Shown: piece by piece, positions 43,401-43,420 of the stretch | Position numbering within the stretch: the stretch's first letter is position 1 | Layout of the letters: every line of letters starts with the position of its first letter | Sequence record: MG674163.1 | Reading direction: 5' to 3' (one strand) | Length of the DNA stretch: 43,420 nt | From: Acinetobacter phage SH-Ab 15497 | Position numbers and translations under genes: made by a program | Notes under the pieces: generated by a model | What the model saw: only the letters and a program-made list of their open reading frames with translations | What the model was told of the DNA's origin: nothing | Database searches by the model: none

Positions 43401-43420
43401 GTACATAAGGAGAATTTGCC

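Overview
The window reads as a complete, circularly closed genome of a tailed dsDNA phage, about 43.4 kb, with lambda-like siphovirus tail genes. A sigma70-like promoter and ribosome-binding site (RBS) at the 3' end (43372..43412) sit directly in front of the ATG at position 1. All convincing genes are on the + strand.

Layout:
- 1..20772 is the late module: terS, an M15 endolysin plus small membrane proteins, terL, portal, Mu-F-like head protein, scaffold, major capsid, connector and HK97 gp10-like proteins, major tail, a G/T chaperone pair with a -1 frameshift site, tape measure, M-like, a tail protein with a SASA/SGNH esterase domain, L-like, K-like (NlpC/P60), and a gpI-gpJ fusion with FN3 domains.
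- 21158..42941 is the early/replication module: AEP primase-polymerase, SNF2 helicase, tRNA-Arg(CCU), a gp2.5-like ssDNA-binding protein (SSB), dCMP deaminase, an SF1 helicase, a PolA-family polymerase, a VRR-NUC nuclease and many small proteins, including Zn-ribbon and HExxH proteins.

Key findings:
- A PolA polymerase, a diverged adenylosuccinate-synthetase homolog, a MazG-like pyrophosphohydrolase and an HD phosphohydrolase lie contiguous at 29444..34621. This is the architecture of the 2-aminoadenine (Z-base) genome pathway, DpoZ/PurZ/MazZ/DatZ.
- A textbook type I hammerhead ribozyme lies at 24825..24877, just downstream of a promoter and about 180 nt upstream of the tRNA.
- Two diverged inverted repeat modules of about 300 bp carry tandem GTTGCTCG octamers. 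They bracket the early module at 20773..21137 and 42966..43290.
- A motif GGAGAT(A/T)AGAGATG, or a close variant, is fused to at least 10 early-gene start codons.
- There are two promoter families. One has the -10 element embedded in a hairpin. The other is TTGACA-aggcccccaatctatgg-TATAAT with a conserved leader.

No integrase or repressor was recognised, so there is no evidence for lysogeny. All calls are made by eye from motifs; none is confirmed by database search.
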